Shown piece after piece: positions 28,176 to 40,100 of a stretch of 64,000 nt of DNA. Position numbers and translations under genes: made by a program. The notes under the pieces were generated by a model, which ran no database searches, was not told the origin of the DNA, and was given only the letters and a program-made list of their open reading frames with translations. The stretch is from Candidatus Cryptobacteroides sp. (GTDB lineage Bacteria; Bacteroidota; Bacteroidia; Bacteroidales; UBA932): positions 18,015-82,014 of the forward strand of contig JAZLDR010000014.1 in assembly GCA_045614805.1 (NCBI GenBank). Direction: 5' to 3'. Positions within the stretch are counted from its first letter, which is position 1. Every line of letters begins with the position of its first letter.

Positions 28176-30304
28176 TATTCAATCGATATCGCGAATCCGC
28201 CAGACGGCGCCATCCGCATCTTTATTTTAGCCTTTGAGGTTATCTTCTTTTCACTGATCACATATTTCGCACAGGACTCCGATCCGGTCTCAAACGTATT
28301 TGAGACACCGTTAGCTTCCGGGGCATCGGCATATATCTTTGCCACATATTTCCTACCTGGTTCAAGGAAGTCAAACGTGACTGTCATCTCTCGTGCCTCC
28401 TCATCGGTCACACCACCGACAAACCATCTGTCAGTCCCTTTTGCCTTGCGAGCCACAACGAGATAATCTCCCGGCTCCGCTGCAAGATACAAGCTCTTTT
28501 CCCAATCAAGAGCCACATCCTTTATGAACTGAAAAGCATCTATATGCTTCTGATAATTTTCCGGAATATCACCTGCCATCTGAATCGGTGAGGCTTGAGT
28601 TACATATAGGGCTAACTGCTTACAGATAGTCGAGTGGATCTGCGCCTTTGATTTTGGATTAATCTTACTCATATCCATCTCAAAGATTCCAGGAGTAAAA
28701 TCCATTGGACCACCTTGTAACCTCGTAAATGGAAGAATTGTCACATGATGAGGAAGCACTCGACCTCTAAACTCCATTCCCATTGCAGACTCATTGCCTA
28801 CAAGATTAGGATATGTACGGCAGAGTCCGGTAGGACGTACTGCTTCATGACCATTTACCATAATTTTATATTCAGCGGCTTTTTTAAGGACGCGGTTATA
28901 GTGGTTGATCATGAATTGGCCATAGTGGTGCTCTCCATATGGGATGATATCACCAACATAACCAGTCTTGACCGCATCATATCCGTATTCCTTCATTAGA
29001 GCAAATGCATTGTCGAGGCAGCGTTCATAATTGACCACGGAACTTGAGGTTTCATGGTGCATCATGAGTTTGATTCCTTTTGAATGGGCATACTCATTCA
29101 ATGCTTTAATATCAAAGTCAGGAAACGGTGTTACAAAATCGAAGACTTCATCTTTCTGGTTTCCAAACCAGTCTCTCCAGCCTTCGTTCCATCCTTCCAC
29201 TAGAAGAGCGTCGAAGCCATGTTCTGAAGCAAAGTCTATGTATTTCTTTACATTCTCTGTATTAGCTCCGTGTCCAAGTCTGGAACCATAGGCCCAAGAA
29301 CGTTTTCCTGTAATCATTTCCCACCATACTCCCATAAATTTAACCGGATGAATCCATGATACATCTTCAAGAGCGCATGGCTCATTCAGATTAAGGATAA
29401 GGCGTGATGCGAGAACCTTGCGGGCATCATCTACTACCATAATTGTTCTCCATGGTGATGTACATGGTGCACACAGACGTCCTCTCCAACCAACTGCATC
29501 TGGGGTTAAATCTGCTTTAAAGCTATAATCCTTGTCATCAAGAATTAGTGTCATAGTTGGATAATTGACCAAAGCGGCTTCATGGATATTTATGTAGAGG
29601 CCATCGTCGGTTTTCATCTGTAGAGATGTCTGCATGGCAGTAGGCCCTGCAACATATTGGGAGGCATTGGAAAAAATCGTCTTAGGAAGAGTCTCGCGTA
29701 CTTCAGAAAGCTTACATTCAGCATAATTATATTCCTGGGTATCATAATCACCAGGTACCCAGAATGCTTTGTGATCGCCCGTCATCCTGAATTCTGTAAG
29801 TTCATCAGCGACAGTAAAATACTTTAGATTCTGCTGTGCGGGAAATTCGTATCTGAATCCCAGTCCGTCGTCATAAAGTCTAAAACGCACAATCATCTGT
29901 ACGTCAGCCGCTTCCTTACCCTTGAAGTTCTTTTTCTCCAAGGTAATAGCAAGTTCGTTATAGTGATTACGGATATGAGATTCCTCACCCCAGACAGGAG
30001 TCCATGTCTCGTCGAAACTCAAAGAAGACTCATTAACAAGAGTGAAGCCGCTGTTGAAATCTACATAATCATATTTCTTATGCATATAATTCTCCGGTGT
30101 ATTACCGTAGGGATCGCCTCTTAGAATATAACCCAACTTACTGTCGAGGACAACATCCCTGCCTTCATATTTTAGGGAATATGTAGGAGTGCCATCATCA
30201 GAAAGTCTGAATGTCATTTCAAGACTTTCGTTCGGACTCTTTAGTGTCTGTGCATTCAATAGATTGAAGCAAATCAACAGGACTAGAGTAAATAAATATC
30301 TCAT
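28175..30304 (-). CDS. Glycoside hydrolase family 97, SusB-like (probably inverting alpha-glucosidase type)
   Basis: Motifs IHEAAL, SPWRTI, GVWWEM, VEGWNEGW, HHET, KTGYVG and GGPMDFTPG. Confidence 0.92.
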   Translation of the reverse strand: MRYLFTLVLLICFNLLNAQTLKSPNESLEMTFRLSDDGTPTYSLKYEGRDVVLDSKLGYILRGDPYGNTPENYMHKKYDYVDFNSGFTLVNESSLSFDETWTPVWGEESHIRNHYNELAITLEKKNFKGKEAADVQMIVRFRLYDDGLGFRYEFPAQQNLKYFTVADELTEFRMTGDHKAFWVPGDYDTQEYNYAECKLSEVRETLPKTIFSNASQYVAGPTAMQTSLQMKTDDGLYINIHEAALVNYPTMTLILDDKDYSFKADLTPDAVGWRGRLCAPCTSPWRTIMVVDDARKVLASRLILNLNEPCALEDVSWIHPVKFMGVWWEMITGKRSWAYGSRLGHGANTENVKKYIDFASEHGFDALLVEGWNEGWRDWFGNQKDEVFDFVTPFPDFDIKALNEYAHSKGIKLMMHHETSSSVVNYERCLDNAFALMKEYGYDAVKTGYVGDIIPYGEHHYGQFMINHYNRVLKKAAEYKIMVNGHEAVRPTGLCRTYPNLVGNESAMGMEFRGRVLPHHVTILPFTRLQGGPMDFTPGIFEMDMSKINPKSKAQIHSTICKQLALYVTQASPIQMAGDIPENYQKHIDAFQFIKDVALDWEKSLYLAAEPGDYLVVARKAKGTDRWFVGGVTDEEAREMTVTFDFLEPGRKYVAKIYADAPEANGVSNTFETGSESCAKYVISEKKITSKAKIKMRMAPSGGFAISIE

Positions 30305-30315
30305 TGTGTAGCTGT

Positions 30316-32301
30316 TTATTTTGTAAAAATTGCCGCAAAACCTCCACCAGGTGCCATTTCTACTGTCATTGTTTTATCTGCAGCAGTGATAGTCTTCTTA
30401 TAGTCTTCTGCGTGTCGTGTCGCATTGACACCATCCTTAAAGAGCTCGATTGTCCAATCTCCCTCTCCAAGGAAGTCGAGATTAAAGGTAACTGTACGCG
30501 CCTGCTGGCCTACAAGACCGCCGACATACCACTTATCTCCGCTTCTGCGAGCTACTATGATATAGTCTCCGACCTTTCCATCAAGTGCAACGGTCTCGTC
30601 CCATACAGTAGGAATTTTGGCTATAAACTCGGTACATTCCTTCTCCTGCTCGTAATGCTGAGGAGAATCACAGAGCATATTGAACGGAGATTCGAAGATC
30701 ACATACATTCCAAGCTGATGACAACGCGTGCCCTGGCTTACTGGATCCACATAGCATGGCTTGTACCATCTGAAGTTATAGTTTCTCATTGCTCCTTGTG
30801 TGTAATCCACCGGACCGCACGCCATACGTATAAATGGGAAGGTTACATCATAGGTCAGCTGATCTGTGCCGACCTTTGACCACTTCATCTGTTCCAGACC
30901 GTGAACACCTTCATAGTTCAGGACATTAGGATAGGTCCTGTTCAGTCCGCACGGCTTGAATCCTCCATGGAAATCAACGAACTGATGATATTTTGCTGCT
31001 GTTTCAGCTGCTCTGCGATAAAAATCCACCATCATCTGATCATCGCGATCCATGAAATCAATCTTCCATCCTTTCACACCAAGATCAGCGTAATATGAAC
31101 AGATCTTCTCCATATCCTTGTCAAAGGCCCAGTAGCCTGCCCAGAGCACAATTCCTACATTCCTTTCTACTCCATAGGCAACAAGTTCGGCAATATTGAT
31201 TTCTGGTACGACATTGAACAGGTCCGCCATACCCTTTACTGCCCACCCCTCATCAAGAATCACATATTCGATTCCATACTTAGATGCAAAGTCTATATAA
31301 TACTTGTATGTATCATTATTAATTCCGACCTTGAAATCAACATCTGTAATATGCCAGTTGTTCCACCACTCCCATGCTACTTTTCCTGGCTTGATCCAAG
31401 ACCAGTCAATGCTTGAATCAGCAGGCTCTCCTAATAGCCATACCAAGTCATTATCCAGCATCTCCTTATCCTGTGAACTCACATTGATGATTCTCCAAGG
31501 GAAGGCAGTAGCACCATCATATGCAGCTATATAGTCCTCACGTGATTTTACCATACCTTGAAGATTGTTATATCCACCCTGTTCTATATCTTTGGGGTAT
31601 GGAGCAAAACGAGCCTCAAGTGAAGAATCTGCGTCTGAATTATAAAGGAACATTCCAGGATAATTCATCAATGCAGACTCCATAATGTTGATTTTGTATC
31701 CTTCTGAAGACTCTACCATAAGTGGCACAAAGGCTAGCCTTTCCTTGTTCCACTCTGAAAGAGAAGTGTATTCATACATATTCTCAAACGAGTTGAAATA
31801 TTGAGACTCAAGTGTCTGAGTGTTCTGGCATACATACGGCACAAACATTTTCCAGTCTGCAGGGAAAACGAATTGAGCAGTTTCTCCGACCACTTTGAAT
31901 GGATCCTTTGACTTTGACACAAAACGATATGCTACACCGGCGTCATAAACACGGAACAGCAAATCATAAGTCTTGAATCGCAATGTCAACTGATTATATT
32001 TCTCCTGTACCTGAGACTTCTTGTAGAACCTTGCGTCAAGAACTCTATCCGTAGAAGATCTATCTGCCTTTAAAAATCTGACAGAACCGTCATATGATGT
32101 GCCATCGGTCAACTGCATTCCGATCAGAGAAGGAGATAGCATTACTTTGCCATCCTTCATTACAGAGTAGAGAATTTTTCCATCGGCAAGTGACACCTCA
32201 GCTTTTAATGAACCATCCGGTGATGCTACTTCATATGTCTTTGCTGATATGCTCCAGGATATGAGCAATGTGGCAATAATAAATGTAAGTCTGCGTATCA
32301 T
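30316..32301 (-). CDS. Glycoside hydrolase family 97 (probably the retaining subgroup)
   Basis: Motifs FPWR, PGKVAWEWW, LDEGW, KIDFMDRDDQ, DFHG, EGVHGLE and GPVDYTQG. Confidence 0.92.
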   Translation of the reverse strand: MIRRLTFIIATLLISWSISAKTYEVASPDGSLKAEVSLADGKILYSVMKDGKVMLSPSLIGMQLTDGTSYDGSVRFLKADRSSTDRVLDARFYKKSQVQEKYNQLTLRFKTYDLLFRVYDAGVAYRFVSKSKDPFKVVGETAQFVFPADWKMFVPYVCQNTQTLESQYFNSFENMYEYTSLSEWNKERLAFVPLMVESSEGYKINIMESALMNYPGMFLYNSDADSSLEARFAPYPKDIEQGGYNNLQGMVKSREDYIAAYDGATAFPWRIINVSSQDKEMLDNDLVWLLGEPADSSIDWSWIKPGKVAWEWWNNWHITDVDFKVGINNDTYKYYIDFASKYGIEYVILDEGWAVKGMADLFNVVPEINIAELVAYGVERNVGIVLWAGYWAFDKDMEKICSYYADLGVKGWKIDFMDRDDQMMVDFYRRAAETAAKYHQFVDFHGGFKPCGLNRTYPNVLNYEGVHGLEQMKWSKVGTDQLTYDVTFPFIRMACGPVDYTQGAMRNYNFRWYKPCYVDPVSQGTRCHQLGMYVIFESPFNMLCDSPQHYEQEKECTEFIAKIPTVWDETVALDGKVGDYIIVARRSGDKWYVGGLVGQQARTVTFNLDFLGEGDWTIELFKDGVNATRHAEDYKKTITAADKTMTVEMAPGGGFAAIFTK

Positions 32302-32309
32302 AAGTGTAT

Positions 32310-34568
32310 TTATTTTTCGAGTACTTGAAGTGTTAATACCTGTAAAGCTCTGCTATCAGGACCAACCATGATTTCGAAATCTCCTGCCTCCAAGGTTTTC
32401 TGTGGGGAACTTAAGTTCTGTCCCAAAGGATCAATATAATACCACGAAAGCATCTCTGGGGTTATGTCAAATGAGACTTCTACAGTTTTACCTTTAGGAA
32501 TATAAACCTTCTTGAATGCCTTAAGTTCCTTGATTGGGCGTGTCATGCTTGAGTATACATCGTGGATATACAGCTGTACGGTTTCTTTGCCATCGTACTT
32601 GCCTGTATTGGTTACCTTGACAGAAGCTTTAGCTTGGCCATCTAATGACATGGTGTCAGCACTAAGCTTGAAGTCAGTGTATTCAAACGAAGTATAGCTC
32701 ATACCATATCCGAAAGGATATAATGGACTGTTAGGACTATCCATATAACAGCTTGTAAATCTCTTATATGAATCAGTCTTTGATGGACGGCCTCCGTTCT
32801 TCATATTATAATATATAGGTATCTGTCCGACATTGCGAGGGAAAGTCATAGTCAACTTTCCAGAAGGACACACACTGCCGTATAGTACATCCACAATGGC
32901 ACCAGCAGCCTCGCTACCACCATACCAGACATCAAGAATAGCCGCCATATTTTCATTCTCCCACTCAAGAGTCATAGGACGACCTGAGAAAAGCAGAAGA
33001 ACTACTGGCTTGCCTGTCTTTACTAATGCTTCCAGCAATTTTTTCTGCGGCTGCGGAATATCGAGAGAAGTTCTGCTGGAAGCCTCGCCTGTCATCCAAG
33101 CCGGCTCTCCAACTGCAGCCAGCACGACATCTGCAGACTTTGCAGCCAATACTGCCTCACGAATCATGTCATCTTCACGACGCGGATCTCTGACATACTT
33201 ACGTGTGCGGCAAGCAGCCTTTTCAAGTTCCGGATCCTCAAGCATATTGCTGCCTTTTGCAAAGATAAAATTACATCCTGTCTGAGTCATAGCGTCAATA
33301 AGAGACTTGCAATTCTCATACGCTGCTCCCTGCCAAGAACCGGTATATTGAGCACCTGCATCTGCAAGAGGACCAACCAAAGCGACCTTAGCGCCAGATT
33401 TCAGCGGCAGGATTCCCTCATTTTTCAAAAGAACAAAAGATTCTGCAGCAATTTCACGAGCCGCATTACGGTTAGCTTCCGTGTAAACCTTATTTTCTTC
33501 ACACCGAAGGAACTTATATGGGTCTTCCAACAGGCCCAACTTATGCTTTGCCTCAAGAACTCTTCGGCATGCCTGATCAATTGTCTTCATTGAGACTTTG
33601 CCCTCTTGCACGGATGCCTTCAACTCATTGATATATCCTTCAGTCATCATGTCAGCATCTACACCAGCATTCACAGCGATCTCGCTGACTGTCTTTCTGT
33701 CGCCGATGCCATGACGAGTCATCTCACCCACAGCATTATAATCAGATACGACAAAGCCATCAAAGCCCCACTGATTCCTTAACACCTCTGTCATCAGCCA
33801 TTGATTTCCGGTAGCAGGCAGGCCGTTTACATCATTGAAGGAGGTCATAACAGTAGCAACTCCAGCATCTATAGCAGCCTTATAAGGAGGGAAAAACTCA
33901 TTATACATTCTTGCCGGAGACATATCAACTTCTCGGTAGTCTCGTCCAGCTTCCGAATCTCCGTACAATGCAAAATGCTTTACACATGCCAGGATTTCGT
34001 TATCATTCCTGAGGTCACCCTGGATACCTTTCACCATAGCTTCAGCATAAATTGAAGATATGTAAGGATCTTCACCTGCACCTTCCACACAACGTCCCCA
34101 CCTAGGATCACGGCTTATATCCACCATCGGGTTATATAGCCAATTAAGACCATCAGACGATGCTTCGTCCGCACTAATCCTTCCCACCATCTCCATCACC
34201 TGCGGATCCCATGTCGCCGCTAATGCAAGAGGAACTGGAAACGTAGTTCTATAGCCATGAATGATATCTGCTCCAAATAGCAGAGGAATTCCAAGACGCG
34301 ATTCTTCAATAGCCAGGCGTTGCCATTCCATAAGTTCATCTCTATCATGTCTACCGAAAAGGCTTCCCACCTCCCCAGCGCGGACCTTCTCCTTTACACC
34401 AGTACTCTGTTGCTCGCCAGTGACCGCTCCTTTTGGAGCAACAAGAACATTGAGCTGACCAAGTTTTTCCTCTAGTGTCATCTGAGACATCAGCTCATCC
34501 ACGGGGCTCTTCTCTGTTGTGCAGGCAGACAACAGGACTATTGACAAAAGAAATATAGTTTTCTTCAT
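32310..34568 (-). CDS. bglX: GH3 beta-glucosidase (BglX-like) lipoprotein
   Basis: Motifs DIIHG, RDPRWGR, EGAGEDP, KHF, VSDY (nucleophile), GEASSR and ETVQLY. Confidence 0.9.
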   Translation of the reverse strand: MKKTIFLLSIVLLSACTTEKSPVDELMSQMTLEEKLGQLNVLVAPKGAVTGEQQSTGVKEKVRAGEVGSLFGRHDRDELMEWQRLAIEESRLGIPLLFGADIIHGYRTTFPVPLALAATWDPQVMEMVGRISADEASSDGLNWLYNPMVDISRDPRWGRCVEGAGEDPYISSIYAEAMVKGIQGDLRNDNEILACVKHFALYGDSEAGRDYREVDMSPARMYNEFFPPYKAAIDAGVATVMTSFNDVNGLPATGNQWLMTEVLRNQWGFDGFVVSDYNAVGEMTRHGIGDRKTVSEIAVNAGVDADMMTEGYINELKASVQEGKVSMKTIDQACRRVLEAKHKLGLLEDPYKFLRCEENKVYTEANRNAAREIAAESFVLLKNEGILPLKSGAKVALVGPLADAGAQYTGSWQGAAYENCKSLIDAMTQTGCNFIFAKGSNMLEDPELEKAACRTRKYVRDPRREDDMIREAVLAAKSADVVLAAVGEPAWMTGEASSRTSLDIPQPQKKLLEALVKTGKPVVLLLFSGRPMTLEWENENMAAILDVWYGGSEAAGAIVDVLYGSVCPSGKLTMTFPRNVGQIPIYYNMKNGGRPSKTDSYKRFTSCYMDSPNSPLYPFGYGMSYTSFEYTDFKLSADTMSLDGQAKASVKVTNTGKYDGKETVQLYIHDVYSSMTRPIKELKAFKKVYIPKGKTVEVSFDITPEMLSWYYIDPLGQNLSSPQKTLEAGDFEIMVGPDSRALQVLTLQVLEK

Positions 34569-34570
34569 AC

Positions 34571-35971
34571 TTATCTTATTTCAATCAAGATATATGAGTT
34601 AGCCTCCATGAAAATCTCGGCCTTGGAATCAACTATTTCGATAGGAGTTTCAGTATGAGTCTTGTACTTGTCAGTCACATGAGATATTGCTTCTTTGATA
34701 TCAAATCCGTTAAAATCAATTGTTACCGGTATCGGAGCAACCCTCTCCTTGTCATCTGTATAATATGTCACGAGTATTGCCATTTTGCCATCATCTGACT
34801 TTGCTGCTGTGGCATAGATATCTTTCAGATCACCAACAGAAGTCTTTACCTGAGTTCCTAAGGCTCTGAGTTTTTTCCATGAGTACATGGCATAATATGC
34901 CGGCATTGTAGATGCGTTGTAATGATTAAATAATCCATTGAAACCAGTTCCAGGGCGTGCATCATAGTACATCAGCATATCCACCGGACCATCCTGGCAT
35001 GCCTGCATGATTGCAGCTGTATATGCAGCTCCTTTGTAGGAGTTAATTGCTTCTATGGTATAAACAAACTCGTCAGTCCAATTTGATAGATAATTCCATT
35101 CGTCCAGAATCATTTCTACATCAGAATAACCGTGTTTGTCAAGCAATTCCTTGATGAGGTTGTTCTTGACTTGGAACTGTTCAACAGTGCCTGCATACAG
35201 GTGATATGAAAAGAAGTCCATGTCGACTTTATGATCGGACATGTAGGCAAGAAATCTGTCCGCCCACTCGTTGTCTTCACAAAGAGCAGGTCCACCAATC
35301 TTCAAATCAGGAAAACATTTATTCAGGTGGTTGGCAGCAATCTCATAGAACTTAAAGAATTCTTTATCTGTTCCATTCCATGTCGGAGAATCACATTTAA
35401 GATGCCTTCCTGCCTTGAATCCGAGATCCGGTTCGTTCCAGATTTCCCAGTACTCGATATTATAGTGATATCCATCAGCCCATCCTTCATTGTAGTGGCG
35501 GATTATATGCTCACAAATCTTCGCCCATTTCTTGAAATCCTTGGGCGGAATTACTTCATATTTCTTTGGCCAATGCTCGATAGACTGTCCCAGACGATAG
35601 AATACCTTCGTGCCTGAAGCGTGAATTTCGCCAAGAAGTTTATCTGTCAAAGTAAAATCGTATGATTTTGGATTATTTACATCTGCCTCAAAATCAGGGA
35701 ATACGCAGCTGATATCAACAGTATGTCCCCAGCCCCATCTGATTGGGGCATCATGAAGACGTGCATATGGGAATTCTGCACCTTTATATGCTTCGAAATT
35801 TCCTCTCTTCTGAGATTTTTTAGGAACTTCTGGACCATTATTCACTGAGTTCATCATCTTGATCTTTCCAACTGGCTCATCAACATTAATTGTTATCTGT
35901 GCACTGGCCGAAAGAAATGGGGCTGCGAATATTGCTGAGGCCACCAGAGTTTTGATTGCGAAACTGTTCAT
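34571..35971 (-). CDS. Clan GH-A glycoside hydrolase, GH39-like
   Basis: Motifs RLHD, YWEIWNEPD (acid/base), IGGPA, DFFSYHLY and LDEWNY (nucleophile); signal peptide. Confidence 0.75.
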   Translation of the reverse strand: MNSFAIKTLVASAIFAAPFLSASAQITINVDEPVGKIKMMNSVNNGPEVPKKSQKRGNFEAYKGAEFPYARLHDAPIRWGWGHTVDISCVFPDFEADVNNPKSYDFTLTDKLLGEIHASGTKVFYRLGQSIEHWPKKYEVIPPKDFKKWAKICEHIIRHYNEGWADGYHYNIEYWEIWNEPDLGFKAGRHLKCDSPTWNGTDKEFFKFYEIAANHLNKCFPDLKIGGPALCEDNEWADRFLAYMSDHKVDMDFFSYHLYAGTVEQFQVKNNLIKELLDKHGYSDVEMILDEWNYLSNWTDEFVYTIEAINSYKGAAYTAAIMQACQDGPVDMLMYYDARPGTGFNGLFNHYNASTMPAYYAMYSWKKLRALGTQVKTSVGDLKDIYATAAKSDDGKMAILVTYYTDDKERVAPIPVTIDFNGFDIKEAISHVTDKYKTHTETPIEIVDSKAEIFMEANSYILIEIR

Positions 35972-35980
35972 TTTATAATG

Positions 35981-37171
35981 TTATTTATTTGTCGAAAATC
36001 TGAATTCTGTAGTAGAATAATAAGTCTCACCTGGATGAAGGATGGTTGTCGGACACTCCGGCATGTGAGGAGAGTTTGGGAAATGGAGAGTTTCCATGAG
36101 CATCCCTCCAAATTTCTCAATCGGTCCATACTTACCTATGACTTTGTCATTGAATCCACGCCCTGTATATGTCAGGAGGCCTGGCTCGGTAGTCCACACT
36201 TCCATTATGCGGCCGTTCTTAGGTTGTGATAGGGTGGCTGCATGATGAAGTCTTCCAGCTTTATAGTCCCTTAACTGCCAACATACTGAAAATCCCCTCA
36301 TAGTCACTATCTGCTCGCTAGGGATGTCAATGGCGTAATCTACCCTGCGGGGCTTTCTCATATCAAAAGGAGTCTTGTCCACAGGCTGTGGTTCTCCCTT
36401 TTGAACAAAACGCGAATCGTTTAGGCTATATGTGTCTGCATTTACTTGGAGACGATGGTCCATGACATAGCCACCCGCGCTGCCTTTAAGATTGAAGTAT
36501 GCGTGATTGAGCATATTCACTATCGTAGGCTTGTCAGTTGTTGCCTTATACTCTATTTTAAGTGTATTGTCTTCATTCCACCAATATGTGACTTCAGCCA
36601 TAAGGTTTCCTGGATATCCCTCTTCACCATCGGGACTGAGCCTTCTGAATCGCACTCCGACTCGTGCTCCTGAGGTGTCAGCATCAGTTTGGGTAATCAT
36701 CTCTCCTTTCCAGACAAACCGGTCAAAGCCATTTCTACCTCCATGGATATGGCCTTCTTGCCCTCCGAGACGCTCGTTTGTAGTCAACTGATATTTTATA
36801 CCTTCAATTTCTATCTCGGCTGGGTAAATCCGATTGCCATACCTTCCGACCACAGCGCCGGCAAATCGTTCTCCACCATGTTCCAAGTCATAAATATTTC
36901 CGTATCCAACGATGACATCATCAATGATTCCAGTACAGTCGGGTACATTTACACTTACAAGTTTACATCCATAATCAGTTACTGTGACATAAGCACCAGA
37001 GGAGTTTGTCATGGTATAGAGAATAGTTGTATCGCCTTGTGAGGTAATTCCAAAGAAATCCTCTTTAATGGCAAGACTATCTGCAGAGCATGCTGTAAGA
37101 AAAATTAACATAAACGCTCCTAAGATGTGCCTTGATGCTGATTGTATAAAAGTGAAATATCGTCTATTCAT
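35981..37171 (-). CDS. galM: Aldose 1-epimerase (mutarotase)
   Basis: Motifs GRYGNRI, HGG, DGEEGYPG, NHAYFNL and METLHFP. Confidence 0.9.
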   Translation of the reverse strand: MNRRYFTFIQSASRHILGAFMLIFLTACSADSLAIKEDFFGITSQGDTTILYTMTNSSGAYVTVTDYGCKLVSVNVPDCTGIIDDVIVGYGNIYDLEHGGERFAGAVVGRYGNRIYPAEIEIEGIKYQLTTNERLGGQEGHIHGGRNGFDRFVWKGEMITQTDADTSGARVGVRFRRLSPDGEEGYPGNLMAEVTYWWNEDNTLKIEYKATTDKPTIVNMLNHAYFNLKGSAGGYVMDHRLQVNADTYSLNDSRFVQKGEPQPVDKTPFDMRKPRRVDYAIDIPSEQIVTMRGFSVCWQLRDYKAGRLHHAATLSQPKNGRIMEVWTTEPGLLTYTGRGFNDKVIGKYGPIEKFGGMLMETLHFPNSPHMPECPTTILHPGETYYSTTEFRFSTNK

Positions 37172-40100
37172 TTATATCTCCATATAATATATTGCCCAAA
37201 GGTTATCATTTCTTTCCTTTAATGCCTTCTTGAACATTCTCTTAGCCTTGATCTTGCGGCCAAGAGCCTTATATCCGATAGCCTGAGTGTAGTAGGCCTC
37301 AGAATTGATATCCTGCTCATATGGTCCTCTGTCGAAACTTTCCCAGAATCTCTGAACATATGTGGTAAGGCTCGCCTTGCCGTTCTTGACAATATTCTTA
37401 TACATTGCCTTTACAGAAGCCTTAGGGTTAAGTTTCTTTATGGCAAGACCTTTCTCATAGTTATATTTGCTGTCCTTGTCTTTAACCTCCACCTTTGAAG
37501 CCATCTGATAGTACTTCTGAGCATTCTCAGCATCACCTACCTTCTCGTATGCAAGACCGATATTGTAGTATACCTGCGCGTCACGTGCATAGTACTCAAG
37601 GTGAGCATAGCCATGATTCTGAGGGTACTCGTTTGCAAGAAGCATGAACTTAAGAGCATCTTCATTATTTCCATTGTTCCAAGCCTCGAAACCTGAAAGG
37701 AGACATACGTCTACATAGATATCGTGGAGGTCCTCGATGTGCTCACGACGGCTGTAGAAACGAGTCTGAAGTTTCTCAAGAACATCTGCATACTCTCCCT
37801 TAAGGATTCTCTGCTTGATAGCCTTAGTCTCAGAGTCATATCTCTTCTCATAAAGAGCCTCCTTGCCATTGAAGAGGTTGTATCTATCTTCAAGTGGAGC
37901 CTTGATAAGTTCCATAATCTCGTCGCACTCAGCGAGGAAGAGAGCATTGCCCTCAGTGTCAGCGTCGATTGCAGCAAGATAGTACTCGATAGCCCTATCA
38001 TAGTCCTTGACATCCTTGGCCTTGTTCTCGTTCTTGAATCTCCAGTACCATCCAAGGTTGCGGAGTGCCATAGCAAAGTCAGCCTTAGCCTCTACGGCCT
38101 TCTCCCAGCATACAAGTGCCTGATCAGGCTGCTTGTGGTAGTAGATATTTCCAAGATAGTACCAAGTGTTGTAGCTTGTAGGGAGATACTCCAATGCCTT
38201 ATTGAGAACAGTGATTGTCTCAAGACGGAATGGGAACACATAGTCAATGTCAGCGGCCTCCGCCTTCTTGAACCATGCCAATGCAGCATCCTTGTCGCCA
38301 GCAGCATCTGCAAGGTAACCAAGCCAGTACTCTACAGTAGGGTAAGGCTTAGCAGACTCAGATGTAGTAAGTACAGCCTTTGCATCTGAAGCAAAACCAT
38401 TGTTATAATAGTACATCGCAAGTTCAAGGTATGACTCAGGAACTCCACGAAGAAGAGTCTTGAGCTCTGATGCCGACTTAGCACCCATGAGTACAAGCTC
38501 GTTAGTTGCATAGTAATTGAGTGGGTCGAACTTCACAACTTCCTTAGCAAGAGCAGTTGCCTCAGCCTTCTTGCCTGCCTTGCGAAGGAGAGTTGTCTTG
38601 AGGTTCTTTGCATCGATGTTCATTCCGTTGTAGTTTACAGCCATCTCAGCCTCCTGAAGAGCCTGCTTGTAGTTTCCGAGAGTAGCTGAAATCTGAGCAA
38701 GCTGATAGTATGAAGCTGAAGCATACTCATAATCCCATGCAGATCTGTAGAGAGTATCAATTGCTGCCTCCCACTTCTGCTCTGCCTTAAGGATGAGACC
38801 GAGGTTGTACATAGCCTCACCATCTGCCACTCTTGTATAGTTTGCACTCTGACGGCTGATAGCCTTGCGGAGATGCTCTGCGGCCTTAGCATAGTTACCT
38901 GCCTTGCGGAGAAGGATACCTACCTGAGTATTTGTACGTACATCACCTGGATCGCGACGAAGAACTTCATTGAAGTAGTCCATAGGATCTGTATGAGCCT
39001 GGTGGAACTGAAGGTTACGCATACCTACGTAGAAGAGTTCTTCTGTGTTCTCGATGCTCTTTGGATCCGGGTTAACAGGAAGAAGATCCTCTGGATGTGG
39101 CTTGCTGAGGTCGTGCTTGTACGGATGATAGTCAATAAGAAGATCACCCTCAACAGAATAAAGGCTCATAAGTACCTCTGTAGGCTCTGCAACCTCTGAT
39201 GCATCCACCTTGAAGTCATCAGCAAACGGCTTGTCTGGAGACATTGTAGCCACCTTGCTGTAAAGTACCTTACCGTTGTGAGAAACAACAACCTTGGCAT
39301 TGCGACGGATCTGAGTCACGTTAGCTGCAACATGGATATCACCTGAAGGGTTGATGTCCATATTTACAGTAGCCTTCTCATTACCACGGTTTACATTATT
39401 GAGGTTGCGGATACCGTACCAGTAAGCAGTAAACTCCTTAGACTCCTGTGGGTTGATCCAGCAGTAATCAGGCTGGTTGTCAGAATAAGCAGCAGTCATA
39501 AGCTCTACATATGGACCGTCAGAGTCAGTAAGAGTCTCACAGTCCCATGCATGTCCGTATGCGTGAGGTCCCCATGTCCAGAACTTACCACCTTTGTTGA
39601 TGTTATGATTGCCGGCAAGCATTGTACCTGCGTCCACACCATGGTCGTAACCTCCTACGAAGTCATCCTGGAGATCGTGAATGAACACAGAGTCACCAGT
39701 GAGTGACGGAAGGTTCTTCCACCAGCTGATATCCGTGCCTACATATGCTGGATTGTTCTTGTAAGGAGTCTGAGGAACTGGCCAGTGAATATGACTTAGT
39801 TTGTGATGGAACATACCGAACTCTGTATTCTCTGGGAAGATGATCTGGTAGTTCTCATTAGCGTGAGTTGCCACATTGTTCCAATGAAGCATAGAGTTTC
39901 TGTCAATAGAATTATTGAAGAAACGTCCAGTTACCTCAATGTATGACTTGTCTGGATGAAGGGTAAGACCCACTGCCCAGCTCATTCTGTGACGGTTCTC
40001 CACCTCACCAACCCAGATTGTCTTTGAGCCGTCGCCATTATCAACGAGCTTATAGTCGATCGGATACTGTGAAGTTGCACGATGGTGGTGGAACACGTTC